From a bacterium (GTDB lineage Bacteria; Sysuimicrobiota; Sysuimicrobiia; Sysuimicrobiales; Kaftiobacteriaceae): a stretch of 64,000 nt of DNA. The first letter of the stretch is position 1; the number at the start of each line of letters is the position of its first letter. The stretch covers positions 17,828-81,827 of the forward strand of contig DATDQT010000152.1 in NCBI GenBank assembly GCA_035292085.1. Reading direction: 5' to 3'. A program made the position numbers and the translations under genes. A model generated the notes under the pieces. The model saw only the letters and a program-made list of their open reading frames with translations. It had not been told where the DNA came from and did no database searches. This document shows, piece after piece, positions 53,541-62,240 of the stretch.

Positions 53541-55801
53541 TAGACGACGGGTGCCCGCAGCAGCCGTAGGCGCGCATCGCGGGCGGCGGTGCGCACGTCC
53601 GGAAACGGCAGGCCCTCGAGCTGCATCAGGATCTCAGCCGCCTGCAGGATGATTCGCTGCAGATCACCTTCCTCCGCCTGAGACTCCGCCGCCAGTTGCG
53701 CCCACTCCGCGCCCCGCATCCAGGCCACGACGGCATCCGCACGGCGGTCGGCCGGCGACGCGACCCGCCGGCGACTGATCGGATCGTATTCGCGCTCGAA
53801 CTGCAGCGCCACCGCGTCGGGGGGCAGCGCGAACTGCCGTTCCACGTCGGCGATCTCACGGGCGAGTTTGGCCAACGCCGACAGGTCGGCTTCTCCGCCG
53901 CGGCGCGGCGCACGCTCCGTCGCCAGCGCGCCGGCGAGGGCGGCCCAGGCCGCCGTGGATCCCCCGACCAGGCTGCGGCGGACCGTCTCACCAAGGATCA
54001 GCATTCTGGGGTGCCGGAGTTCGATGGCCCACCGCCCGTCGGCAGTCAACCGGAATGAGTCATCGAGGTATCCCAGGCGCTGCAGAACTCCGGCCCGGCG
54101 CATGAATTCATCGCTCAGCGCGCCTTCCACCGCGTGAAGGGCCTGGCGCAGTGAGGACCGCCTCAATTCGCGCGCCCGCAGCGCCTCGATGGTGGCCAGA
54201 CACGTCGCTTCCACCGGACACGTCGCGCACACCCACGCGGCGATGTCCACTTCGAGCGCGGCGACGTCGTCTGGGGATGCCCGCCCCTGCTTCACCTGCT
54301 TCTGCAGCTTCGGGAGGCGCTCACGCATCCGGTCGTAGCGTCCCCGGGTGACCAGCCGGTCGTCGCACGGACGCGCGGTCAATTCATCGGGTGGAATCTC
54401 GGCGATGGCCTGCCGGAGACGTGTCGTCTCGTCCCGCCGCTCGAATGCGGCCAGAGAACGGTCGAGCGAGCGCAGAGCCTCCGCCAGCGCATACCGGCTG
54501 AGGAGGTTGAGGACTTGTATGTAGCCCGGCGTGAACGACGACGTGATGGGATCGGGCTCGGCGTCTGTGAGGGCCTGCCCTTCGCGCACCTCGTCAAGGG
54601 ATCCGGCGGGCAGTACGAGCACGCCGATGGCGTCCTTCCCGCGCCGACCCGCCCGGCCGCTCATCTGATGAAATTCTGTCGGCGTGAGCGAGACCGGCCC
54701 GTCGGGACTGTTCCGCACCAGCGTCGTCAGCACGACCGTGCGCGCGGGGACGTCCAGCCCGCTGGCCAGCGTGGTGGTGGCGCACACCGCGCGGATCAAC
54801 CCCCGCGCCAGGAGATCCTCGACCGCCAGCCGCCAGCCCGTCGTGTGGCCGGCGTGGTGGGGGGCCACCCCCGAGTCAATCACGGCGCTGCGAAACGGAT
54901 GGTGGCGGAGGAACGGGTATTCGCGCTCCCACCGCGCCAGGGCCGCCGCGCGGAGTTCAGGGCCGAACGCATGGAGCGGGGCCAGCTCGCGCGCCGCCGC
55001 ATCGCACTGGCGGCGCGATGGGAAGAACAGAATTGCCGGCAGCAGACGGTAATGTTCCAGCGAGCGCATGAGCCCGGCCAGCCACGCGGGGGCGCGGGCG
55101 CCGGCGGTGAAATGCCCCATCCCGTCGGGCGGCAGCAGGCGGCCGCGGTGGTCGACCAGGACCTGGCGCAGCGGCACCGGCCGGACAGACTCGATGATCA
55201 CGTCGGGCCGGTTCCCCCGCACGCCGGCCATCCACGCCGCAAAGGATCGGGAATTCGGAAACGTAGCCGACAGCAGCAGCAGGTGGCTGGACGCGGCCGC
55301 GAACAGCACGATCTCTTCCCACGCGGTGCCGCGCTCGGCGTCGGCCAGGTAGTGGGCTTCATCGAGCACAATCAAATCCGGAGCCAAGGCGTCGCCGTAC
55401 AGTGCGTTCCGCAGGATTTCTGTCGTGGCCACAATGACCGGCGCCTGCGCGTTGATGCGCCGTTCTCCGGTGAGCAGCCCGACGTAGTCGGCACCGTACA
55501 GACCGCTGAACCGGTGGTACTTCTGATTGGAGAGCGCCTTCAGCGGAGTCGTGTACCAGGCACTGCCGCCGCGAGCGAGGATCTCGGCCATCGCCTGTTC
55601 GGCGATCCAGGTCTTTCCGCTGCCGGTCGGAGCGACCACCAGGACGTCGTTCGTGCGTATGGCGGCCAGCGCGGCCTCCTGGAATCCCGCGGGGACGAAC
55701 GCCGACGGGGGAGGCGTGCCGACGTCTTCGAGAATCGCGCGCAGTTTCGCGGACGTAGGGCGGCGAACCGGCTCCCGCGAAGCAGTCCTGCTGCGCGCCA
55801 T
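53540..55801 (-). CDS. Ski2/HelY-like DExH-box helicase with DSHCT-like C-terminal domain
   Basis: APTGSGKTW (motif I), VLDEAHYL (DEAH), SATF, HHAG and GRAGRRG motifs. The C-terminal VLQRLGYLD...LTADGRWA.EL resembles the DSHCT domain. Confidence 0.85.
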   Translation of the reverse strand: MARSRTASREPVRRPTSAKLRAILEDVGTPPPSAFVPAGFQEAALAAIRTNDVLVVAPTGSGKTWIAEQAMAEILARGGSAWYTTPLKALSNQKYHRFSGLYGADYVGLLTGERRINAQAPVIVATTEILRNALYGDALAPDLIVLDEAHYLADAERGTAWEEIVLFAAASSHLLLLSATFPNSRSFAAWMAGVRGNRPDVIIESVRPVPLRQVLVDHRGRLLPPDGMGHFTAGARAPAWLAGLMRSLEHYRLLPAILFFPSRRQCDAAARELAPLHAFGPELRAAALARWEREYPFLRHHPFRSAVIDSGVAPHHAGHTTGWRLAVEDLLARGLIRAVCATTTLASGLDVPARTVVLTTLVRNSPDGPVSLTPTEFHQMSGRAGRRGKDAIGVLVLPAGSLDEVREGQALTDAEPDPITSSFTPGYIQVLNLLSRYALAEALRSLDRSLAAFERRDETTRLRQAIAEIPPDELTARPCDDRLVTRGRYDRMRERLPKLQKQVKQGRASPDDVAALEVDIAAWVCATCPVEATCLATIEALRARELRRSSLRQALHAVEGALSDEFMRRAGVLQRLGYLDDSFRLTADGRWAIELRHPRMLILGETVRRSLVGGSTAAWAALAGALATERAPRRGGEADLSALAKLAREIADVERQFALPPDAVALQFEREYDPISRRRVASPADRRADAVVAWMRGAEWAQLAAESQAEEGDLQRIILQAAEILMQLEGLPFPDVRTAARDARLRLLRAPVV

Positions 55802-55830
55802 GATGCTGTCTATGATACGGGGGCCAATCG

Positions 55831-56961
55831 ATGGCTGTCTATGACGTAATTATTCTGGGCCTGGGCGCGATGGGGAGCGCCGCGGCGCATCACCTCGCCC
55901 GCCGCGGCCTCCGGGTGCTGGGCCTCGAGCAGTTCACCCCCGCCCATGACCGCGGCGCCTCGCACGGCCGGTCCCGCATCATCCGGGAGGCCTACTTCGA
56001 AGATCCAGCCTATGTCCCCCTGATCCAGCGAGCCTATGCGCTGTGGGGTGATCTTCAGGCTCAAACGGGGACGCCGCTGCTGGTCACGACCGGCGGGCTG
56101 ATGATCGGCCCTCGGAAGGGGGCGCTCGTGTCGGGGGCGCTGACCAGCGCGGCCCGCCACGGGCTGGTCTACGAACTGCTGGGTCCAGACGACCTCCGGC
56201 ACCGATACCCGCTCTTCCGCCCGCCGGAGGACGCGGTCGCCGTCTGGGAGCCCAGAGCAGGGATCCTGTTCCCCGAAGCCTGCGTCCGGGCGCACCTGGG
56301 GGCGGCGGCACGGCACGGCGCCGACCTGCACTTTGAGGAACGCGTCGGACGATGGGACACGTTCGGCCGCGGCGTGACCATCCGCACGAACCGGGGGCGG
56401 TACGAAGCGCCGCGCCTGGTGGTGACCGCCGGGCCCTGGGCCGGACAGATCTTGGCCGATCTTGGGCTGCCCCTGGAAGTCGAGCGTAACGTCATGTACT
56501 GGTTCCACCCGCTCCGCAATGCCGACGCGTTCGGCCCCGAGCGGTTTCCGGTCTACATCCTCGAGTACACTCCCGGGGCGTTTGTGTACGGATTCCCGGC
56601 GTTGGGCGACGAGGGGATCAAGATCGCCCACCATCACAGCGGCGAACGCTGCACGCCGGCCTCCATCCGTCGCGAGGTGTCGGCCGAAGAGATCGCGCGC
56701 ATGCGGGGGCTGCTGTCCCGCTACCTGCCTGACGGTGACGGCGTCCTGCGGCAGGCCGTGACCTGCATGTACACCAACACGCCGGACGGGCATTTCATCA
56801 TCGGCCGGCATCCGAAACTGCCCGCCGTGACCCTTGCCTGCGGATTTTCCGGACACGGCTTCAAGTTCGCACCCGTGGTGGGAGAAATTCTCGCCGACCT
56901 CGCCACCGAAAGCGGCACCCGCCACAACATCGATCTCTTCCGCCTCGGGCGATTCGAATAG
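55831..56961 (+). CDS. Monomeric sarcosine oxidase / N-methyltryptophan oxidase-like flavoenzyme
   Basis: YDVIILGLGAMGSAAA FAD fold. CGFSGHGFKF covalent-FAD Cys context near the C-terminus. Confidence 0.8.
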   Translation: MAVYDVIILGLGAMGSAAAHHLARRGLRVLGLEQFTPAHDRGASHGRSRIIREAYFEDPAYVPLIQRAYALWGDLQAQTGTPLLVTTGGLMIGPRKGALVSGALTSAARHGLVYELLGPDDLRHRYPLFRPPEDAVAVWEPRAGILFPEACVRAHLGAAARHGADLHFEERVGRWDTFGRGVTIRTNRGRYEAPRLVVTAGPWAGQILADLGLPLEVERNVMYWFHPLRNADAFGPERFPVYILEYTPGAFVYGFPALGDEGIKIAHHHSGERCTPASIRREVSAEEIARMRGLLSRYLPDGDGVLRQAVTCMYTNTPDGHFIIGRHPKLPAVTLACGFSGHGFKFAPVVGEILADLATESGTRHNIDLFRLGRFE

Positions 56962-56970
56962 GGAAGACAA

Positions 56971-57000
56971 TTGGACGCCGTCGCTCAACTATGCTATATT
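56971..57000 (+). promoter_or_regulatory. Candidate sigma-70-type promoter (TTGGAC - 18 nt - TATATT, with TGC extended -10)
   Basis: Read directly. The -10 ends 8 nt before ATG 57009, implying a very short or absent leader. Embedded CTCAAC...GTTGAG dyad. Confidence 0.4.
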
Positions 57001-57008
57001 GTTGAGTG

Positions 57009-57830
57009 ATGACAATGGCGCGCCGACTCCCGCGGCGCGATCCCTTACGACTCTTCCACATCCAATCCGATTTTGCCGCGGGCCTGGCTCCAACCGACAT
57101 AGCCAAAAAGCACGAGTTGCCCGTCCCGGCGGTCTTGCAGATTGTGCGCGGCCGCAAGCGGGATGACGGGCTGCTCGATCCATTCCAGCTGGCCCACGAC
57201 GGCACGCGCGGGCGTAGTACCACGCAGATGTACTGGCTCGGATACATCGCCGCATGCGGCCGGCTCTACCATCAGGGACCCTCGTCCACCCTGGTCTTGG
57301 ACGTCGATCGCCGGGATGTCGATCACGTGCGCCAGCTGGTGGAAGATCTCATTCCCGGACGGACGTCGTGCGAATTCTGCGAGAGCAGCCAGAGCGGTTT
57401 GCAGGCCTACATCCGCGACCGCGACCTGGGCACGCTGCTGTCGCAGTGGGGCATTCCCGGCGCTGATCCGACGGAAGGATCGGTGCCGATTTCGCTGATT
57501 CCCGGCTCGCTGATGCCCCACTTCGTGCGCGGGTATCTCGAGGGGAGCCGCAATCAGCCCCCGTTCGGGCTCACGCTCGTCCCGGCGACGATGGCGTCGA
57601 TCCGCACCGTGGCGATGGTCGGCCCGCAGGACTTCGTCACCGCGCTGGGCGCGGCGCTGCGCAAACACGTCGACATTGGCCCCGGCACGATTACCGGCCG
57701 ACGCGACAGATTGAAGACGCTGACCTTCAAGGGCGCCAAGGCCAAGAAGATCGTCCAGTATGCCTACCGCGACCCCACGCGCTCGATGCCGCGGGTCGCG
57801 AGGTTCGTCCAGTCGATCCGGCCTCGCTAG
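57009..57830 (+). CDS. HTH plus double LAGLIDADG-like fold protein with substituted catalytic residues (putative DNA-binding, non-nuclease)
   Basis: YWLGYIAACGRLY and HFVRGYLEGSRN, about 100 aa apart, resemble the two LAGLIDADG helices (compare YLLGLIIGDGGLY). N-terminal LAPTDIAKKHELPVPAVLQIVRGR is an HTH-like segment. Confidence 0.45.
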   Translation: MTMARRLPRRDPLRLFHIQSDFAAGLAPTDIAKKHELPVPAVLQIVRGRKRDDGLLDPFQLAHDGTRGRSTTQMYWLGYIAACGRLYHQGPSSTLVLDVDRRDVDHVRQLVEDLIPGRTSCEFCESSQSGLQAYIRDRDLGTLLSQWGIPGADPTEGSVPISLIPGSLMPHFVRGYLEGSRNQPPFGLTLVPATMASIRTVAMVGPQDFVTALGAALRKHVDIGPGTITGRRDRLKTLTFKGAKAKKIVQYAYRDPTRSMPRVARFVQSIRPR

Positions 57831-57903
57831 GATTTCGCATCCTGATCTACGACGCGTATCTCTCCGTGCTGACACCGTGAGCTGAGAACGAGAGGAGTCT
57901 GTG

Positions 57904-58287
57904 ATGGCCTCGAAGAGTCTGTACGTTGGCAATCTGCCTCATGACACCACCGAGCAGGAACTGCGGCAGCTGTTTGAAGCCTGGGGTCCGGTCGCCGAGA
58001 CCCGCCTGATCGCCGGACGCGGCTTCGGCTTCGTGGAGGTTCCTGATGAGAAAGCCGCCGACGCGATCGCCGCGATGAACGGAAAAGACCACAAGGGGCG
58101 TGCGCTGGTCGTGAACGAAGCGCGGCCGCGGACACCGCAGCGGTCCGGCGGTGGGTACGGTCGCGATAGAGACTATGGGGACCGCGGCGGCTACGGGCGC
58201 GACAGCGGACCCGGCGGACGCGGCGGCTACGGTGGGCGCGGGGGAAAGCGCACCGGGGGCGGCCGTGGCGGGCGCGGGCATCGCTGA
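57904..58287 (+). CDS. RRM-type RNA-binding protein with Gly/Arg-rich tail
   Basis: RNP2 LYVGNL and RNP1 RGFGFVEV. RGG/GYG repeats at the C-terminus. GAGAGGAG lies 6 nt before the ATG. Confidence 0.85.
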   Translation: MASKSLYVGNLPHDTTEQELRQLFEAWGPVAETRLIAGRGFGFVEVPDEKAADAIAAMNGKDHKGRALVVNEARPRTPQRSGGGYGRDRDYGDRGGYGRDSGPGGRGGYGGRGGKRTGGGRGGRGHR

Positions 58288-58292
58288 CACGG

Positions 58293-58310
58293 TGTGGAAC
58301 GCGTGGGGTT
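58293..58310. repeat. Left copy of the 18-bp direct repeat TGTGGAACGCGTGGGGTT flanking the IS
   Basis: Identical 18-mer at 59851-59868. Confidence 0.8.
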
Positions 58311-59850
58311 GTCGGAGATCAGTGATTCTGTCCGCTTAAGGATTCAGTGATTTTGTCCGCTCCCCGTTCGATGCTACAGTCTTCGCGGTCCTCACCACCA
58401 GCTGCCTCCACGGATGATTGGCGCTGGGAATCGACAAGACGTGATTCTGCCGACGGCCTGAGTTGGGAGACAAAGGTGCCTTCTGCGCGGTCCCAGGACG
58501 CGTTTGGCGGGTCGCGGGAAGCATCCTGATACCCCCTCGGGCGGAGTGGCCCGCGGGTGAGAGATCAGCGATCCGCGGACGGCGACGCTCGCGGGCCGGG
58601 ACGCGAGCCGGGGCGGGAGCGGTGTGCCGCTGACTGACGATGCGCCGCCCGTGATAGACGATCGCGATACTGCCATCGAGCCGCTCGTGGACTTCGACGG
58701 TTGCCTTGGCGTAGCTGCGGCCGCCCGGACCAGGCAGGAGCTGGATCGTGTCGCCGTTCCAAGAGATAGTGTTGGCATTGTCGACGGTGCGCAGGTACTT
58801 GAAGCAGAAAATCGCCTGGGGATCAAGTCCCGTGGGCCAGGGCCGAAAGGCCGACGTCGAATCCGCCGGCGGCTGTGCGAAGCGCGGATTGAAGCGGGCC
58901 AGGAAGTGCGGTAGGTAGGCATTGGCACCGGCCCGGTCCGACACCCCGGCGAGGCGGAGTTCGCTGCACAGTCGATCTTGGAAGGTGCCGAAGAGCCGCT
59001 CGATCCGACCCTTGGCCTGCGGGCTGCGGGCAGGGATCCAGCGGATGCCCAGTTCGGCGAGAGCGCGGCCGACCTGTGTGGGCGCGGGTTTTCCCGCGAG
59101 CTGCTCGGCGAGCGTGAGGGAGTACTGCGGCCGACGGTGGAAGATGCCGTGGCGGTCGCTGTAGACAGCGATGGGCAGGCCATGGCGGTGCGCCAGCATC
59201 TGCAGCAGGGCGAGGTAGCCATGCGCATCTTCCTCGTCGCGGAAGGTGGCGGCGAGGACGGTGCCGGTCGCATCATCGATCGCCGCGAGGAGGACCAGGC
59301 GCGGGCCGCGGCCTTCGAGCCAATCGTGGTCGCTGCCGTCAAGCTGCACCAGCAGGCCGGCCTGCGGCATCCGCTCCCGGCGCCGCCGGTGGCGCGGTGG
59401 GCGCCGTTTCCGGGGGCTTCGGATGCCCGTGGCACGCAGCAGGCGGGAGATCGTCTGGCGGGACAGCCGCAGGGCTTCGTGCTCCGCGAGGAGCTCACTC
59501 AGATGCTGGAAGTTGACTCCCGCGTACGTGGTTTGAGCCAGGTGGAAGAGTCGTGTCCTCGTGGCGTCATTGGTGCGCCGAGGCGATCGGCGCCCGCGGT
59601 TTCCATGCACCAGGGCCTTGAGGCCGCGGTGTCGATACGCTCGACGGAGCCGCCGCACCTGGCGAATCGACAGACCCAGGAGATCGGCGGCCTCCGCCAT
59701 ACGAAGCTCCCCACGGTCCAGGGCGTGTAGGACGGTCAGGTGCTGCTGTGCGCGCTGCGTCAAAGTAATCATCCTCCCCGAATTCGACTGGGTGGGGGGA
59801 GGACATTTTCACTGAGCGATTAGGGCGGACAGAATCACGGAGCGTCCACA
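58311..59850 (-). mobile_element. Insertion sequence, ISNCY / IS1202-like, apparently intact (about 1.54 kb)
   Basis: Bounded by the 18-bp direct repeats. Inverted GTGATTCTGTCCGC lies at 58322-58335 and 59825-59838. Second sub-terminal sites are CAGTGATTTTGTCC (left) and GGACATTTTCACTG (right). One transposase ORF fills the element. Confidence 0.8.
58336..59772 (-). CDS. ISNCY/IS1202-type DDE transposase (N-terminal HTH plus integrase-core domain)
   Basis: 478 aa; HTH LRMAEAADLLGLSIRQVRRL; catalytic candidates QLDGSDHDW, VYSDRHG and KGRIERLF. Confidence 0.85.
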   Translation of the reverse strand: MITLTQRAQQHLTVLHALDRGELRMAEAADLLGLSIRQVRRLRRAYRHRGLKALVHGNRGRRSPRRTNDATRTRLFHLAQTTYAGVNFQHLSELLAEHEALRLSRQTISRLLRATGIRSPRKRRPPRHRRRRERMPQAGLLVQLDGSDHDWLEGRGPRLVLLAAIDDATGTVLAATFRDEEDAHGYLALLQMLAHRHGLPIAVYSDRHGIFHRRPQYSLTLAEQLAGKPAPTQVGRALAELGIRWIPARSPQAKGRIERLFGTFQDRLCSELRLAGVSDRAGANAYLPHFLARFNPRFAQPPADSTSAFRPWPTGLDPQAIFCFKYLRTVDNANTISWNGDTIQLLPGPGGRSYAKATVEVHERLDGSIAIVYHGRRIVSQRHTAPAPARVPARERRRPRIADLSPAGHSARGGIRMLPATRQTRPGTAQKAPLSPNSGRRQNHVLSIPSANHPWRQLVVRTAKTVASNGERTKSLNP

Positions 59851-59868
59851 TGTGGAACGCGTGGGGTT
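59851..59868. repeat. Right copy of the 18-bp direct repeat TGTGGAACGCGTGGGGTT
   Basis: Identical to 58293-58310. Confidence 0.8.
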
Positions 59869-60085
59869 TGACTCCGCGTAGCCCGTATGCTAGGATAAAT
59901 GGTGTCGTCATAGATGCGTTCTGCGGGGGATGCTGAAAAACGGCATCCCTCGCGCTGTGTATCGCGGGCCTGCTTTGTGGTGAGTTGGTACCGGCGAGAC
60001 ACGCGCAGCAGTGCCGGCAACCAATTCACGGCGGTGAAGAGCCGCTTCCCCGGTGAGAGGCCGGGGCACAAGGGAGGCTATGTTT

Positions 60086-61234
60086 ATGACATCAGCACCA
60101 CACGTAAGCGAGGCGCCGAAGCCATTCGGCGGTCTCGCGCTTCGTCCGGAGACACTCCGGGCGATCAACCAAATGGGTTGGGTTGATCCCACCCCCATCC
60201 AGTCGAAAGTGATTCCCCTCATGCGCGACGGTCGGGATCTGGTCGGGCAAGCCCAGACCGGGTCCGGCAAGACCGGCGCCTACGGAATCCCGCTCGTCGA
60301 ACGGCTCGACCCCCAGGTCAAGGCCCTTCAGGCGCTTGTTCTCACCCCCACCCGTGAGCTCGCGGTGCAGGTCACCGAGGAGCTGCGGGGGTTGGGGCGC
60401 GGGCGCGGGCTGAAGGTCGTGACCCTGTACGGCGGGCAGTCGATTGAGCGGCAGTTTGCCGACCTGCGGCGCCGGCCGCAGATCGCCGTCGCCACGCCCG
60501 GCCGCCTGCTGGACCACACGCAGCGCGGCACGGTTAGCCTGAGTGGCGTGCGTACCGTGGTCCTGGACGAGGCGGACCGGATGCTGGACATGGGCTTTTT
60601 GCCCGATGTCACCCGCATCCTGGACCAGACGCCCAGGGACCGGCAGACCTCACTGTTCTCCGCGACGATGCCGCAGGCGATCCGCAAGATCGCCGAGCAG
60701 CAGATGCGCGAGCCGGTGTGGATCCTGATCGCCCAAAAGGAACCGACGGTCGAGACGGTTGAGCAGTTCTACCTGGAGGTAGCAGAACAAGACAAGATCA
60801 AGGCCCTCCGGACCCTGCTCAAAAAGGAACCGATCGAATCGGCGCTGGTCTTCCGGCGCACCAAGCACCGGGCGGACCGGCTGGCCACGGCGCTCGAGCG
60901 CCACGGCAAGGTCGCCGTGCTGCACGGAGGGATGCGCCAGGGCGCGCGGATGTCGGCGCTGCGGGCATTCGAGGAAAAGCGGACGCCGATCCTCGTCGCC
61001 ACCAACGTCGCGTCCCGCGGGCTGGACCTCCCCGAGGTCTCGCACGTGATCAACTTCGACATGCCGGAGGATGTGGATACCTACATCCACCGGGTCGGCC
61101 GGACGGCCCGCGCGGGCCGCTCCGGGACGGCGATCACGTTCGTGGGGCAGTACGACATGGAGATGTTTGATGTCCTGCAGCGCAAGCTGGGCGCCGCGCT
61201 GAAGCGTCATCCGCTGAACATCTACAGCAGCTAA
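60086..61234 (+). CDS. DEAD-box ATP-dependent RNA helicase (RhlE/DeaD-like)
   Basis: Q-motif PTPIQ, AQTGSGKT, PTRELA, VLDEADRMLDMGF, SAT, HRVGRTARAG. Start ATG 60086, 8 nt after AAGGGAGG. Confidence 0.85.
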   Translation: MTSAPHVSEAPKPFGGLALRPETLRAINQMGWVDPTPIQSKVIPLMRDGRDLVGQAQTGSGKTGAYGIPLVERLDPQVKALQALVLTPTRELAVQVTEELRGLGRGRGLKVVTLYGGQSIERQFADLRRRPQIAVATPGRLLDHTQRGTVSLSGVRTVVLDEADRMLDMGFLPDVTRILDQTPRDRQTSLFSATMPQAIRKIAEQQMREPVWILIAQKEPTVETVEQFYLEVAEQDKIKALRTLLKKEPIESALVFRRTKHRADRLATALERHGKVAVLHGGMRQGARMSALRAFEEKRTPILVATNVASRGLDLPEVSHVINFDMPEDVDTYIHRVGRTARAGRSGTAITFVGQYDMEMFDVLQRKLGAALKRHPLNIYSS

Positions 61235-61257
61235 CTGATCCTGTCGGCGACCTGGGA

Positions 61258-61290
61258 GGGCCCGCGGGCAACCGCGGGCCCTTCACTTTG
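61258..61290 (+). terminator. Rho-independent terminator after the DEAD-box helicase gene
   Basis: GGGCCCGCGG-GCAA-CCGCGGGCCC followed by TTCACTTTG. Confidence 0.65.
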
Positions 61291-61312
61291 TCAGAGTAAG
61301 ATAGTGGGTAGC

Positions 61313-62218
61313 ATGCGCATTGCTACCCTGCTGCCCAGTGCCACGGAGATTGTCTGCGCCCTCGGTCTGTCGGAATCGCTGGTCGGTATCTCCCACGACT
61401 GTGACTACCCGCCGGAGATCCGCAGCCGGCCGGTCCTCAGCGACGCGATCGTCGGCGCGGAGCTACCCAGCCGTACGATCGATGACCGGATCCGCGGCCA
61501 GCTGCACAAAGGGAAGAGTGTGTACCACCTGGATGAGGCGCAGCTGGCACAACTTCGCCCGGACCTCATCCTCACCCAGGAACTCTGCGAGGTCTGCGCG
61601 CCCTCCTACACACTGGTGAAACAGGCGGCGAAGGTGCTGGAGGCCGGGACGAGGATCGTCTCGCTCGAACCACTGGGTCTGGAAGACGTCCTCGACAACA
61701 TCGCACTCGTGGGCGAGCTCACCGGTGCACGCGCCCGTGCCGAACAGGTGGTAATCAGTCTGCGCGAGCGAATCGCCCGGGTGACAGCGGCATCCGCCGG
61801 CCTGCCGAAACGAACCATCGTGTGCCTGGAATGGCTGGATCCATTGTTCGTGGCGGGTCACTGGATCCCGGAGATGGTGGAGTATGCCGGAGGGCAGGAT
61901 CTGCTCGGTCGTCCCAGGCAGCCGTCATACGTGGTCGACTGGGATGCCGTCCGGGCAGCGGACCCAGAGGTCCTGGTCGTGATGCCCTGCGGCTTCGATG
62001 TCCCCCGCGTGCGGGAGGAAATTCACCTGCTGACAGACCGGCCGGGATGGCGCGAACTACGGGCGGTGCGCGAACAGCACGTCTACCTGACGGAAGCCAC
62101 CTCGTACTTCAGCCGGCCCGGCCCGCGGCTCGTGGACGGCCTAGAAATCCTCGCGAGCATCCTTCACCCTGAGGAGAACAAGGAGAACGTACCGGCCCAC
62201 TCAGTCGAGCGCCTCTAG
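61313..62218 (+). CDS. BtuF/FhuD-fold (class III) periplasmic-binding-protein-like protein without an evident signal peptide
   Basis: MRIATLLPSATEIVCALGL...LVGISHDCDYP...PDLILTQELC pattern of cobalamin/siderophore binding proteins. No hydrophobic N-terminus. Confidence 0.65.
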   Translation: MRIATLLPSATEIVCALGLSESLVGISHDCDYPPEIRSRPVLSDAIVGAELPSRTIDDRIRGQLHKGKSVYHLDEAQLAQLRPDLILTQELCEVCAPSYTLVKQAAKVLEAGTRIVSLEPLGLEDVLDNIALVGELTGARARAEQVVISLRERIARVTAASAGLPKRTIVCLEWLDPLFVAGHWIPEMVEYAGGQDLLGRPRQPSYVVDWDAVRAADPEVLVVMPCGFDVPRVREEIHLLTDRPGWRELRAVREQHVYLTEATSYFSRPGPRLVDGLEILASILHPEENKENVPAHSVERL

Positions 62219-62240
62219 GTGCTCCTGGCTACCAGGCTAC

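Noticed and set aside
53540-55801. Hachiman-type (HamB) or other helicase-based antiphage defence system
   Set aside because: The helicase has a DSHCT-like C-terminus typical of housekeeping HelY/Ski2 helicases, and no HamA/DUF1837-like nuclease gene is adjacent. The association with ImmA is reported only as a hypothesis.
55810-56988. 392-aa minus-strand ORF
   Set aside because: Antisense shadow of the sarcosine-oxidase-like gene, which has clear FAD-binding and covalent-flavin motifs on the plus strand.
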